This document shows positions 55,988 to 64,000 of a stretch of DNA of 64,000 bases, one piece after another. The stretch is from Acidimicrobiaceae bacterium (GTDB lineage Bacteria > Actinomycetota > Acidimicrobiia > Acidimicrobiales > Bog-793). Each line of letters begins with the position of its first letter. The first letter of the stretch is position 1. Under the pieces are notes generated by a model. It was not told the DNA's origin. It searched no databases and was given only the letters and a program-made list of their open reading frames with translations. The DNA lies in contig PLPK01000054.1 in NCBI GenBank assembly GCA_003159795.1, positions 1,519-65,518 on the forward strand. Reading direction: 5' to 3'. The translations under genes were made by a program, and so were the position numbers.

Positions 55988-57616
55988 TCAGATCAGCTCC
56001 GGCACCATGACGATCGCGCCGCAGGGGCATTCGGCGACACAGATGCCGCAGCCCTTGCAGTAGTCGTAGTCGAACACGTACCGCTCGCCGGGCCCGAGCT
56101 TAGACACCGCGTTGTCGGGGCAGACCCCATAGCAGTTGTCGCACTCGAAACAGTTGCCGCACGACAGGCAGCGACGCGCCTCGAAGAGCGCGTTTGGTTC
56201 GTCGAGCCCGCCCACGACCTCCTCGAACCCGGTCTGACGTCGCTGCGCCTCGAGCTCGGGCTGGACCGTACGGCCGGCATCCGCGTAGTACCACGTGTTC
56301 AGCGTCTCGATCGAGGCGAGCTCGTGACGGGGCGGCGGCCCCCCCGTTTCGCCCCGAAGCCAACGGTCGATGTTGCGGGCGGCGCGCTTGCCGTGCCCGA
56401 CGGCAACGGTGACGGTGCGCTCGGCTGGGACCATGTCGCCCCCGGCGAAGACGCCGGAGTGGCCAGTCATCATCTGGGCGTCGACCACCACGAGGCCGTC
56501 GCGCACCTCGACGCCCTCGAGGGCCGCGAGCGGCGCGAGATCGGCGTCCTGGCCGAGGGCGAGGATCACGCAGTCGGCGTCGAGGTTGGTGAACTCACCG
56601 GTCGGCTGCGGGAAGCCGGCGGAATCGAGCTCCATCTTCTCGACGAGGACCTTGTCCTTTTCCACTCGCGAGATCGTCGACATCCAGCGCACGGTCACAC
56701 CCTCGGCGAGCGCCTCCTCGACTAGGTCGGCGTGGGCGGGCATCTTCCGGCGGTTGCGCCGGTAGACGATCACGGCGTCGGTCGCGCCGAGTCGCTTGGC
56801 GCTGCGGGCTGCGTCCATCGCCGTGTCGCCGCCGCCGTAGACGACGACGCGGCGGCCGATCGCCACCGGCTCCGCCGCCTCGGTGCCCGCCAGAAAGGCG
56901 AGCGCGTCCAGCAGGCGGGCCGAGTCGGCGGCTGGGACCTGCACGCGGTGCGACAGCTGCGCGCCAAGAACGAGGTACGCCGCGTCGAAGGCGCCCTCCG
57001 CCATCGCCGAGGCGATGTCGGCCACGCCCGCGTCGCAGCGGATCTCGACCCCGAGGTCCTCGATCGCCGAGATCTCGGCGTCGATCACCTCGCGGGGCAG
57101 CCGGTACTTCGGGATGCCGTAGCGCAGCATCCCGCCTGGCCTGGGCGCCGCCTCGCGCACGACGACCTCGTGCCCGGCCCGCGCGAGGTGGTAGGCGGCG
57201 GAGAGGCCCGACGGGCCGGACCCGACGACGAGCACCCGCCGTCCCGTCGCGGGGGCGCGCTCGGGCAGCCGCCAGCCGTGCGCGATCGCCGCGTCGCCGA
57301 GAAACCGCTCGACGGCGCGGATGCCGACGGCCTCGTCGACCTTGCCCCGGTTGCAGGCGGCCTCGCAGGGGTGGAAGCAGACCCGCCCACAGATCGCGGG
57401 CAGCGGGTTGTCCTCGACGAGCCCGCGCCACGCCGCCTCGTAGGCCCCGGCCTCGGCGTGGTACAGCCAGCGCTGGATGTTCTCGCCAGCCGGGCAGGCG
57501 TCGTTGCACGGCGGCATACGGTCGACGTAGATGGGCCTCTCGACCCGCCACGACCCGGTTCGGTTGTCCCGGCTCGACCCAGCGTCGAGCGTGATCGCGA
57601 ACGGGTGCTCGCTCAC
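55988..57616 (-). CDS. fusion protein: PorD-like N-terminus, GltD/NfnB/SudA-like NAD(P)H:FAD oxidoreductase and a C-terminal 2x[4Fe-4S] ferredoxin. It is the last gene of the OFOR operon.
   Basis: 'NRTGSWRVERPIYV' (PorD-like), 'CNDACPAGENIQ', 'CFHPCEAACNRG' (GltD Fe-S), 'VLVVGSGPSGLSAAYHLARAGH', 'GGMLRYGIPKYRLP', C-terminal 'CLSCGNCFECDNC...CPDNA...CKGCGICVAECPCGAI'. GTGA overlap with the beta subunit. Confidence 0.75.
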   Translation of the reverse strand: MSEHPFAITLDAGSSRDNRTGSWRVERPIYVDRMPPCNDACPAGENIQRWLYHAEAGAYEAAWRGLVEDNPLPAICGRVCFHPCEAACNRGKVDEAVGIRAVERFLGDAAIAHGWRLPERAPATGRRVLVVGSGPSGLSAAYHLARAGHEVVVREAAPRPGGMLRYGIPKYRLPREVIDAEISAIEDLGVEIRCDAGVADIASAMAEGAFDAAYLVLGAQLSHRVQVPAADSARLLDALAFLAGTEAAEPVAIGRRVVVYGGGDTAMDAARSAKRLGATDAVIVYRRNRRKMPAHADLVEEALAEGVTVRWMSTISRVEKDKVLVEKMELDSAGFPQPTGEFTNLDADCVILALGQDADLAPLAALEGVEVRDGLVVVDAQMMTGHSGVFAGGDMVPAERTVTVAVGHGKRAARNIDRWLRGETGGPPPRHELASIETLNTWYYADAGRTVQPELEAQRRQTGFEEVVGGLDEPNALFEARRCLSCGNCFECDNCYGVCPDNAVSKLGPGERYVFDYDYCKGCGICVAECPCGAIVMVPELI

Positions 57617-58626
57617 CTCGACCCCTTTCCGGCCCGCTCGCCCAACAGGTCGAAACGCCCGATGTTGCGGTCGGCGATCGCCTGAATGCGGGCGATGTCG
57701 TCGGTCCGCGGCGGGTCCGCGAAGAGGTGGGCGAAACGCCGTTGGGGACGCAGGTACGCCTCGACGGGCTCGCGGTGCCGGATCGGCGTCGCCGAGAGGA
57801 TCTCCCCGTGGGCCGCCTCGAAGAGGGGGAAGAGGCCCGTCTCGCAGGCGAGGCGGGCGAGGCGGATCGTGTCCCGGGACGCCGCACCCCAGCCAAGCGG
57901 GCACGGCACGAGGACGTGCAGGTAGCGCGCGCCGTGCAGCTCCATCGCCCTGCCGACCTTGGCCTCGAGGTCGTGGAGGTAGGCGACAGAGGCGGTCGCG
58001 ACGTACGGGATCTCGTGCGCCACGGCGAGGGCCGGGAGGTTCTTGCCCTGGCCGAAGGCGTTGCCGGGCTCGCGGCCCCGGGCCTCGGTGGTCGCGGTGC
58101 GCGCCGCGGCGGGCGTCGAGGCGGAGCGCTGCACCCCAGTGTTCATGTAGGCCTGGTTGTCGTAGCAGACGAACAGGACGTCGTCGTTGCGCTCGAACAT
58201 GCCCGAGAGGCAGCCGAAACCGATGTCGACCGTTCCCCCGTCCCCTGCCTGGGCGATGACCCGGGTGGCCGTGTCGCCGCGCACCTTCAGCGCCGCGGCG
58301 ACGCCGGTGGCGACGGCGGCGGTGTTGCCGAACAGCGAGTGCATCCAGGCGACCTGCCACGCGGTCTCGGGATACGGCGTCGAGAAGACCTCCAGGCACC
58401 CCGTGGCGTTGACGACGATCAGCTGCCGGTCGGTCGCGGCCATCGCCGCGTCGAGGACAAAGCGGGCGCCGAGCGCCTCGCCGCACCCCTGGCAGGCCCG
58501 GTGGCCCGAGGTGAGCGCGTTCGGGCGGAGGCGGTCGGACTGCACCGTGCGCAGGTGTGGGTCGACGAGGCGGTTGCCGACCGCGAAGCTGCCCACTTGG
58601 CAATAGCTCGACGTCTGCTCGGTCAC
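57613..58626 (-). CDS. 2-oxoacid:ferredoxin oxidoreductase beta subunit (TPP-binding)
   Basis: 'GHRACQGCGEALG', 'GDGGTVDIGFGCLSGMFERNDDVLFVCYDNQAYMNTGVQRS'. Confidence 0.85.
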   Translation of the reverse strand: MTEQTSSYCQVGSFAVGNRLVDPHLRTVQSDRLRPNALTSGHRACQGCGEALGARFVLDAAMAATDRQLIVVNATGCLEVFSTPYPETAWQVAWMHSLFGNTAAVATGVAAALKVRGDTATRVIAQAGDGGTVDIGFGCLSGMFERNDDVLFVCYDNQAYMNTGVQRSASTPAAARTATTEARGREPGNAFGQGKNLPALAVAHEIPYVATASVAYLHDLEAKVGRAMELHGARYLHVLVPCPLGWGAASRDTIRLARLACETGLFPLFEAAHGEILSATPIRHREPVEAYLRPQRRFAHLFADPPRTDDIARIQAIADRNIGRFDLLGERAGKGSR

Positions 58627-58636
58627 GGCGGGCTCC

Positions 58637-59899
58637 CTAGACGATCCGCGCCGCGTTCTCGCGGACGTCGCGCGGCACCCGCGCGGTGCTCGGTGCCCTG
58701 CGGGGGTCCTCCGCCATTCGGGCGAGCTCCCGGTCGACGACGACCCGGTCGAGATCGAGGAAGCTCATCGCGCCGAGCTCACCCCGGATCGCCTCGCCGA
58801 GGACCCGTCGCAGAGACGCCTCGGGGATCGACCGGCCGCCGAGGCCGGCGACGACCGTGTAGGTCTTCGTGCCGCGGTCCGAGACAAGCGCGTCGACCTG
58901 GGCGCCGAGGACCCCCCGACCGCCGACGGCGAAGGCCTTCTCGATGACGACGACGCGGTGCGCCCCCTCGAGCGCCTGGCCGAGCGCCTGCTCGGGGAAC
59001 GGCCGGAAGGTCGTCACAGCTACGACGCCGATCTTCAGGCCCTCCTCGCGCATCTGGTCGACGACGTCTTTCACGGTGCCCACGACCGATCCGAGCGCGA
59101 CGACGATCGTCTCGGCGTCCTCGCTCCGGTAGGCCGAGACGAGCCCGCCACTCGGACGCCCCACGACGCGCTCGAACTCGGCCGCGAGCTCCGGGATGCA
59201 GACGAGTGCCTCGAGCAGACGCGCGTGGGCGAGGTAGCGGACCTCGGTGAAGGCCTCCGGCCCGACCATCGCGCCGATCGAGACCGGTGCGGCCGGATCG
59301 AGGACCTGTTGCGGCGCGAACGGGCGCAGGTAGCGGTCGACCTGCTCCTGGGTCGGGATCTCGACCCGTTCCACCGAGTGGGTGAGGATGAAGCCGTCCA
59401 TGCAGACCATCACCGGCACGCTGAGCCTCTCGGCGAGCCGGAAGGCCTGGATGTGCAGGTCGACGGCGTGCTGATTCGTCTCGGCGAAGAGCTGGATCCA
59501 CCCTGAGTCGCGCAGCGCCATCGCGTCCGAATGGTCGTTCCCGATGTTGATCGGCGCGCCCACGGCCCGGTTCGCCACCGTCATCACGATCGGCAGTCCG
59601 AGACCGGAGGCGTTAAAGACGGCCTCCGCCATGTCGAGCAGTCCCGGGCCCGACGTCGCCGTGTAGGCCCGGGCCCCGGTCGCGGCGGCGCCGATCGAGA
59701 CCGACATCGCGGCGAACTCCGACTCGACGTTGATGAACTCACAGGGCTTCAGCCGCCCCGACTTCACGAGCGAACCGACGCCCTCGATGATGTGCGTCTG
59801 CGGGGAGATCGGGTAGGCACTAACGACCCGTGGACGGCACAGCGCGACCGCCTCGGCGACGGCCCGCGACCCCTCAATCTGGCGGAGCACCGACGGCAC
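58637..59899 (-). CDS. 2-oxoacid:ferredoxin oxidoreductase alpha subunit
   Basis: 'GSRAVAEAVALCRPRVVSAYPISPQT', 'ESEFAAMSVSIGAAATGARAYTATSGPGL'. Confidence 0.85.
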   Translation of the reverse strand: MPSVLRQIEGSRAVAEAVALCRPRVVSAYPISPQTHIIEGVGSLVKSGRLKPCEFINVESEFAAMSVSIGAAATGARAYTATSGPGLLDMAEAVFNASGLGLPIVMTVANRAVGAPINIGNDHSDAMALRDSGWIQLFAETNQHAVDLHIQAFRLAERLSVPVMVCMDGFILTHSVERVEIPTQEQVDRYLRPFAPQQVLDPAAPVSIGAMVGPEAFTEVRYLAHARLLEALVCIPELAAEFERVVGRPSGGLVSAYRSEDAETIVVALGSVVGTVKDVVDQMREEGLKIGVVAVTTFRPFPEQALGQALEGAHRVVVIEKAFAVGGRGVLGAQVDALVSDRGTKTYTVVAGLGGRSIPEASLRRVLGEAIRGELGAMSFLDLDRVVVDRELARMAEDPRRAPSTARVPRDVRENAARIV

Positions 59900-60485
59900 T
59901 CCTCTCGCGGGTCGCCCATGTCCCCACCATCCCGCGGGTCAGGTTGAACGCCTCGGTCGCGGCGGCAACATTCCCCTCACGCATCGCCCCTGAGAAGCGG
60001 TCCTCGATCGCGGTGACGACAGCCGCGAGCGAGACCGCCCCGGTGAGCGCGGCGAAACCACCAAGCAGCACGGTGTTCGGCAGCGGCCGGCCGAGGTGCT
60101 GCAGGGCGATCTCCGTCGCCCGCAGCCCCAGCACGTGGTTCTCGGGCAGTTCGGCCACGAATCCCGCGACGCCGATCGCCACGAGGGTCTTCGTCGTGTT
60201 GACGAGCACCCAGCCATGGGACCTGAGGCCGGCGAACAACCCCGCCTGACGGAGCAGCGTCGCGTCCTGGATCACGAGCGCGTCGGGTTCGTCGATCGGC
60301 GAACGCGTCCGGATCTCCCTCTCGCTGATGCGGCAGAACGAGACGACCGGGGCACCGGTCCTCTCGGAGCCGAAGCTCGGGAAGGCCTGGGCGTGACGAC
60401 CGTCGTTGAACGCCGCCACGGCGAGCAGCTCCGCCGCCGTGACCACGCCCTGTCCGCCCCGCCCATGGATCCGAACCTGGAACAT
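59874..60485 (-). CDS. 2-oxoacid:ferredoxin oxidoreductase gamma subunit
   Basis: 'MFQVRIHGRGGQGVVTAAELLAVAAF..G.HAQAFPSFGSERTGAPVVSFCRIS'. Confidence 0.85.
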   Translation of the reverse strand: MFQVRIHGRGGQGVVTAAELLAVAAFNDGRHAQAFPSFGSERTGAPVVSFCRISEREIRTRSPIDEPDALVIQDATLLRQAGLFAGLRSHGWVLVNTTKTLVAIGVAGFVAELPENHVLGLRATEIALQHLGRPLPNTVLLGGFAALTGAVSLAAVVTAIEDRFSGAMREGNVAAATEAFNLTRGMVGTWATRERSAVGAPPD

Positions 60486-60691
60486 CGGCAGCCTCGCTGT
60501 CCGTCCACCGGACGCTTCGCCCGAGCACCATTCCATGGCCTGGTCACTCGCTTCCCCCTGATGGTCGCGTCGGACCGCCTTGCCCTCCAGGGTCGATGGT
60601 CACAAGCCCCCCGGTCTTTGGCCCACAAACTGCTTTGCAAATGGGTCGACCGGCCCTTCCACCCGGCGAGGCGGCGCCCTAACGTGTCGGC

Positions 60692-61843
60692 GTGCCTTCC
60701 CCCGACGCTGTCGTCATCGATGCGAACGGGGTCGACTCGCTCATCACGTCGCTTCGGGCCCAGGGCTTCCGTGTCATGGGCCCGGTTGTCGCCAACGGTG
60801 CCATCGTCCATCGCGAGATCCGAGCTGCCAAGCAGCTCCCGGTCGGCTGGCACGACGAGCAGGAGCCGGGTTCGTACCGGCTGAGCCACGGCGACGACGG
60901 TGAGATGTTCGGATGGGCGGTCGGACCCGAGTCGTTTAAGCAGTCCGTTTTCCCCTCCCGGTCGGTGCTCTGGCGGGCCCGACGCGACGGCCAGGACTTG
61001 GCCGTCGAAGCCACCGGCGACGACGTCGCGCCCGAGGCCTTCTTCGGGGCCCGTCCCTGCGAGGTCGCGGCGCTGAAGGTCCTCGGCGGGGTGCTCGCCG
61101 GGGCGGCGAGCCCCGATCCCGTGTTCACGCGCCGGCGCGAGACCGCCTTCGTCGTCACCGTCGAGTGCGGCCGGCCGGCGGCGACGTGCTTTTGCACCTC
61201 GATGGGGAGCGGCCCCGGGGCGGCAGCGGACTTCGACCTCGCGCTGACGGAGCTCGCGGGTCCCTCGGGGCGCTTCCTCGTGCGGGTGGGCTCCGAGCGA
61301 GGCGCGGCCGTGCTCGCGGGCGTCGCCTCCCGACCCGCCACAGCCGAAGACCACCGGGCCCGTGACGAGGTCCTCGGCCACGCGGTGGCGGCGATCAGCC
61401 GAACACTCGACGCCGAGGCGGCGCCGGGACTGCTCGCCCGCAACCTCGAGCACCCCCGCTGGGACGACGTCGCCGGGCGTTGCCTCGCCTGCGGGAACTG
61501 CACGCTCGTATGCCCGACCTGTTTCTGCGCCGCCGTCGAGGAGACGACGGACCTTGCCGGCACGGTCGAGGAGACCCGGCGCTGGGACACCTGCTTCGAC
61601 CTCGCCCACTCCTACCTCCACGGCGGCTCGGTGCGGGTGTCCACGCGATCCCGGTACCGCCAGTGGATGACGCACAAGCTTTCGACCTGGGTCGACCAGT
61701 TCGGGAACTCGGGCTGCGTGGGCTGTGGGCGCTGCATCACGTGGTGTCCGGCGGGCATCGACATCACCGAGGAGTGCGCGGCGATCGCGGCAAGCGACGG
61801 CGCGGTCAAGACGAGCGAACCCACCGCGGTTCGGGACAGGTAG
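60692..61843 (+). CDS. Fe-S subunit, AsrA/HydB-like (beta subunit of a group-3b-type NiFe hydrogenase)
   Basis: 'CLACGNCTLVCPTCFC', 'CVGCGRCITWCPAGIDI'. First gene of a B-(cNMP)-G-D-A ordered operon. Confidence 0.7.
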   Translation: MPSPDAVVIDANGVDSLITSLRAQGFRVMGPVVANGAIVHREIRAAKQLPVGWHDEQEPGSYRLSHGDDGEMFGWAVGPESFKQSVFPSRSVLWRARRDGQDLAVEATGDDVAPEAFFGARPCEVAALKVLGGVLAGAASPDPVFTRRRETAFVVTVECGRPAATCFCTSMGSGPGAAADFDLALTELAGPSGRFLVRVGSERGAAVLAGVASRPATAEDHRARDEVLGHAVAAISRTLDAEAAPGLLARNLEHPRWDDVAGRCLACGNCTLVCPTCFCAAVEETTDLAGTVEETRRWDTCFDLAHSYLHGGSVRVSTRSRYRQWMTHKLSTWVDQFGNSGCVGCGRCITWCPAGIDITEECAAIAASDGAVKTSEPTAVRDR

Positions 61844-61848
61844 GCGTC

Positions 61849-62316
61849 ATGGAAGAGATGAGCGAACTCATCGCCAAGAACTCGTTGTTCGCCGGTCTGC
61901 CGGACTCGACGATCCAGCTCGCCGTCGGCTGCGCGCAGAACGTCACCTTCGAGCCGGGCGCGCGCATCCTCGTCGAAGGCGAACCGGCCGACACGCTGTA
62001 CTTGCTGCGCCGCGGGCGGGTCGCCCTGCAGGTGCAGCGCCCCTCGGGCAAGCCGCTCATCATCGAGACCATCGGCCCGAACAGCGTCCTCGGCTGGTCC
62101 TGGCTCGTGCCGCCCTACCGCTGGCAGTTCGACGGCGTGGCGATCGACCCGGTCGGCGCCATCGCGATCGACGGCACGTGCCTGCGGGCCAAGGCCGACG
62201 CCGATGCCGTCTTCGGCTACGAGCTGCTGCGGCGCATCAGCGGCGTGCTGCTGAGCCGCCTGCAGTCGACCCGCGTCCGGCTCCTCGACCTGTACGGGCA
62301 CAGCCTTGATGACTGA
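61849..62316 (+). CDS. stand-alone cyclic-nucleotide-binding-domain protein (no HTH or other output domain)
   Basis: 'LFAGLPDSTIQLAVGCAQNVTFEPGARILVEGEPADTLYLLRRGRVALQV...IETIGPNSVLGWSWL' is the CAP/cNMP beta-barrel followed by the C-helix. It ends at 155 aa, 5 nt after the upstream stop, and overlaps the next gene by 8 nt. Confidence 0.75.
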   Translation: MEEMSELIAKNSLFAGLPDSTIQLAVGCAQNVTFEPGARILVEGEPADTLYLLRRGRVALQVQRPSGKPLIIETIGPNSVLGWSWLVPPYRWQFDGVAIDPVGAIAIDGTCLRAKADADAVFGYELLRRISGVLLSRLQSTRVRLLDLYGHSLDD

Positions 62317-63154
62317 GACGGAGCACGTGTCGCCGGGGCCTTTCGTGCCCTCCCGCTACCGGGTCGTCGACCGCAAGACTGAGAACTCGGACATCACCAC
62401 GCTGTGGCTCGAGCCGGTCGACCGTCCGATCGCGCCGTTCAAGGCGGGGCAGTTCAACATGCTGACCGCCTTCGGGGTCGGCGAGGTCGCCATCTCGATC
62501 AGCTCGGCGCCGGGCGCGCCGGGCGCGATCGAGCACACGGTGCGCGACGTCGGTGCCGTGAGCCACGCGCTCGCGTCGTCCCAGATCGGCGACGTCGTCG
62601 GTCTGCGTGGCCCGTTCGGCACGGACTGGGGTCTCGAGAGCCTCACTGGCTGCAACGTCGTCGTCGTCGTCGGCGGCATCGGCCTCGCACCGCTGCGCGG
62701 CGCGATGCGCTACCTCGCCGAGAACCCCGCGCCCGACCGCAAGGTCGTGCTGCGCGTCGGCGCCCGCCTGCCGGACCAGATCGTCTTCCCAGAAGAGATG
62801 GAACGCTGGCGGGAGATGGGCGTCGACGTCGAGGTGACCGTCGACGTCGCCGACGCCGCCTGGACGGGGCATGTCGGTGTCGTGACCCAGATCCTCACCG
62901 AGCTGCCCTTCGACGGTGCCGGTGCGGTCGCGCTCGTCTGCGGGCCCGAGATCATGATGCGCTTCAGCGCGCGTTCGCTCATCGACCTCGGCGTCTCCCC
63001 CGAGAACATCCGGGTCTCGCTCGAGCGCAACATGCAGTGCGGGATCGCACTCTGCGGGCACTGCCAGCTCGGACCGTTTCTTTTGTGCCGGGACGGGCCC
63101 GTCGTGCCCTACGCGCCGCTCGCGGCGGAACTGATCACGGAGATCGAGAGATGA
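62309..63154 (+). CDS. FAD/NAD(P)-binding plus [2Fe-2S] oxidoreductase, AsrB/HydG-like (hydrogenase gamma subunit)
   Basis: 'FKAGQFNML' (FAD barrel), '[13 protein letters not shown]' (NAD), C-terminal '[24 protein letters not shown]'. Confidence 0.75.
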   Translation: MTETEHVSPGPFVPSRYRVVDRKTENSDITTLWLEPVDRPIAPFKAGQFNMLTAFGVGEVAISISSAPGAPGAIEHTVRDVGAVSHALASSQIGDVVGLRGPFGTDWGLESLTGCNVVVVVGGIGLAPLRGAMRYLAENPAPDRKVVLRVGARLPDQIVFPEEMERWREMGVDVEVTVDVADAAWTGHVGVVTQILTELPFDGAGAVALVCGPEIMMRFSARSLIDLGVSPENIRVSLERNMQCGIALCGHCQLGPFLLCRDGPVVPYAPLAAELITEIER

Positions 63155-63924
63155 CGATGCGACCGACCCTCGCCGTTTGGAAGTTCGCCTCCTGTGACGG
63201 CTGCCAGCTCGGCATCCTCGACCTCGAGGACGAACTGCTCAGCCTCGTGGGGGCCGTCCAGATCGCGAGCTTCACCGAGATGACGAGCGCCGTCATCGAC
63301 GGACCCTACGACGTCTCGCTCGTCGAGGGCTCGATCACGACCCCCGACGACGCCGACCGGATCCTCGCCGTGCGCGAGGCCTCCGGCCTCCTCGTCACCA
63401 TCGGCGCTTGCGCGACGGCGGGCGGCATCCAGGCGCTCCGCAACTACGCCGACGTCGGCGAGTACACCTCGACCGTCTACGCCCACCCCGAGTACATCAC
63501 GACCCTGGCCGAGTCCAGCCCGATCTCGTCATACGTCAAGGTCGACTTCGAGCTGCGCGGCTGCCCGATCAACCGCTACCAGATCGTCGAGGTCGTCACG
63601 GCACTGCTCGCGGGCCGTCGCCCGGTCATCCCGGGTTACAGCGTTTGCGAGGAGTGCAAGATGGCCGGCAACCTCTGCGTCCTCGTCGCCCACGGGACTG
63701 CGTGCCTCGGGCCCGTGACGCGGGCGGGCTGCGGGGCCCTCTGCCCCGCCGTCAACCGCGGCTGCTACGGCTGCTTCGGGCCGGCGGACACGACGAACAC
63801 CGCCTCGCTCGCGAGACGGCTCACCGAGCTCGGTACGTCCGAACGGGGGATCTCGCGGCTGTTTCGGACGTTCAACTCCGCCGCAACCGAGTTCTCAAAG
63901 GAGAGTCTCGAGCATGACGCCTAG
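63151..63924 (+). CDS. NiFe-hydrogenase small (delta, NuoB-like 20-kDa) subunit
   Basis: '[14 protein letters not shown]', '[14 protein letters not shown]', 'RGCPIN', '[30 protein letters not shown]...GCYGCFGP'. ATGA overlap with the upstream gene. Confidence 0.8.
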   Translation: MTMRPTLAVWKFASCDGCQLGILDLEDELLSLVGAVQIASFTEMTSAVIDGPYDVSLVEGSITTPDDADRILAVREASGLLVTIGACATAGGIQALRNYADVGEYTSTVYAHPEYITTLAESSPISSYVKVDFELRGCPINRYQIVEVVTALLAGRRPVIPGYSVCEECKMAGNLCVLVAHGTACLGPVTRAGCGALCPAVNRGCYGCFGPADTTNTASLARRLTELGTSERGISRLFRTFNSAATEFSKESLEHDA

Positions 63925-64000
63925 CGGAGACAGCGCCAACCGCGCGATCGACGTCCACGGGCTCGCCCGTGTCGAAGGGGAGGGGTCGCTGCACGTCGCG
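63914..64000 (+). CDS. NiFe-hydrogenase large (alpha) subunit, N-terminal 29 aa only (continues past the window end)
   Basis: '[29 protein letters not shown]': the 'L.RVEGEG' start is typical of group 3 large subunits. Position is after the small subunit. Confidence 0.6.
   Translation, partial: MTPSGDSANRAIDVHGLARVEGEGSLHVA

Noticed and set aside
55988-58603. 871-aa ORF suggesting a giant fusion of OFOR beta and the GltD-like protein.
   Set aside because: The N-terminal ~330 aa is a spurious alternate frame over the beta-subunit gene (57613-58626), which has clear TPP-binding motifs in its own frame.
60486-60691. Possible CRP/FNR-type palindrome in the OFOR/hydrogenase divergent promoter region, which could link to the cNMP-domain protein.
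   Set aside because: Only a short 'TTTGCAAA' palindrome and non-symmetric GTGA/TCAC fragments are present, with no TGTGA-N6-TCACA-like site. The cNMP protein has no DNA-binding domain anyway.

Overview
This is a high-G+C chromosomal segment, about 70% by eye. Gene content and order (ftsZ-sepF-yggT-divIVA, DksA-like-lspA-rluD, GTG starts, 4-nt overlaps) are typical of Actinomycetota. I cannot assign it below phylum from the sequence alone.

Layout, left to right:
- 1-4.6 kb: glpK (partial), a ferredoxin-reductase-like flavoprotein, xseB/xseA and the RNase P RNA gene.
- 4.6-12.4 kb: an accessory stretch. It carries an intact-looking IS630-family element (TA duplication, A6 frameshift site) and five orphan exported or membrane-anchored proteins. 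The 6.2-9.45 kb part has visibly lower G+C and foreign codon usage.
- 12.4-33 kb: a GT-C-type membrane glycosyltransferase-like gene and an eno / alpha-alpha-toroid repeat protein / ppsA operon. Housekeeping genes follow (IMPase-family, ppgK-like, pepA, PduO-type adenosyltransferase, sigma factor), then rluD-lspA-DksA-like-DUF167 and ileS.
- 33.5-51.5 kb, minus strand: a complete division/cell-wall (dcw) cluster, mraZ-rsmH-ftsL-ftsI-murE-mraY-murD-ftsW-murG-murC-murB-ftsQ-ftsZ-pgeF-yggS-sepF-yggT-divIVA. It has no murF.
- 52.8-64 kb: a redox block. It contains pntAA-pntAB-pntB and a 2-oxoacid:ferredoxin oxidoreductase operon (gamma-alpha-beta) whose delta/ferredoxin module is fused to a GltD/NfnB-like NAD(P)H flavoprotein. 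Divergent from that is a group-3b-type (sulfhydrogenase-like) NiFe-hydrogenase operon with a stand-alone cyclic-nucleotide-binding-domain gene between the beta and gamma subunits.

I found no CRISPR array, tRNA, rRNA, prophage, canonical defence system or secondary-metabolite cluster.

The best candidates for poorly described biology:
1. The cNMP-domain-containing hydrogenase operon.
2. The OFOR with the GltD-fused delta subunit.
3. The rnpB-adjacent low-GC island of orphan exported proteins.

All functional calls rest on motif recognition by eye. Start codons may be off by a few codons. No database searches were run.
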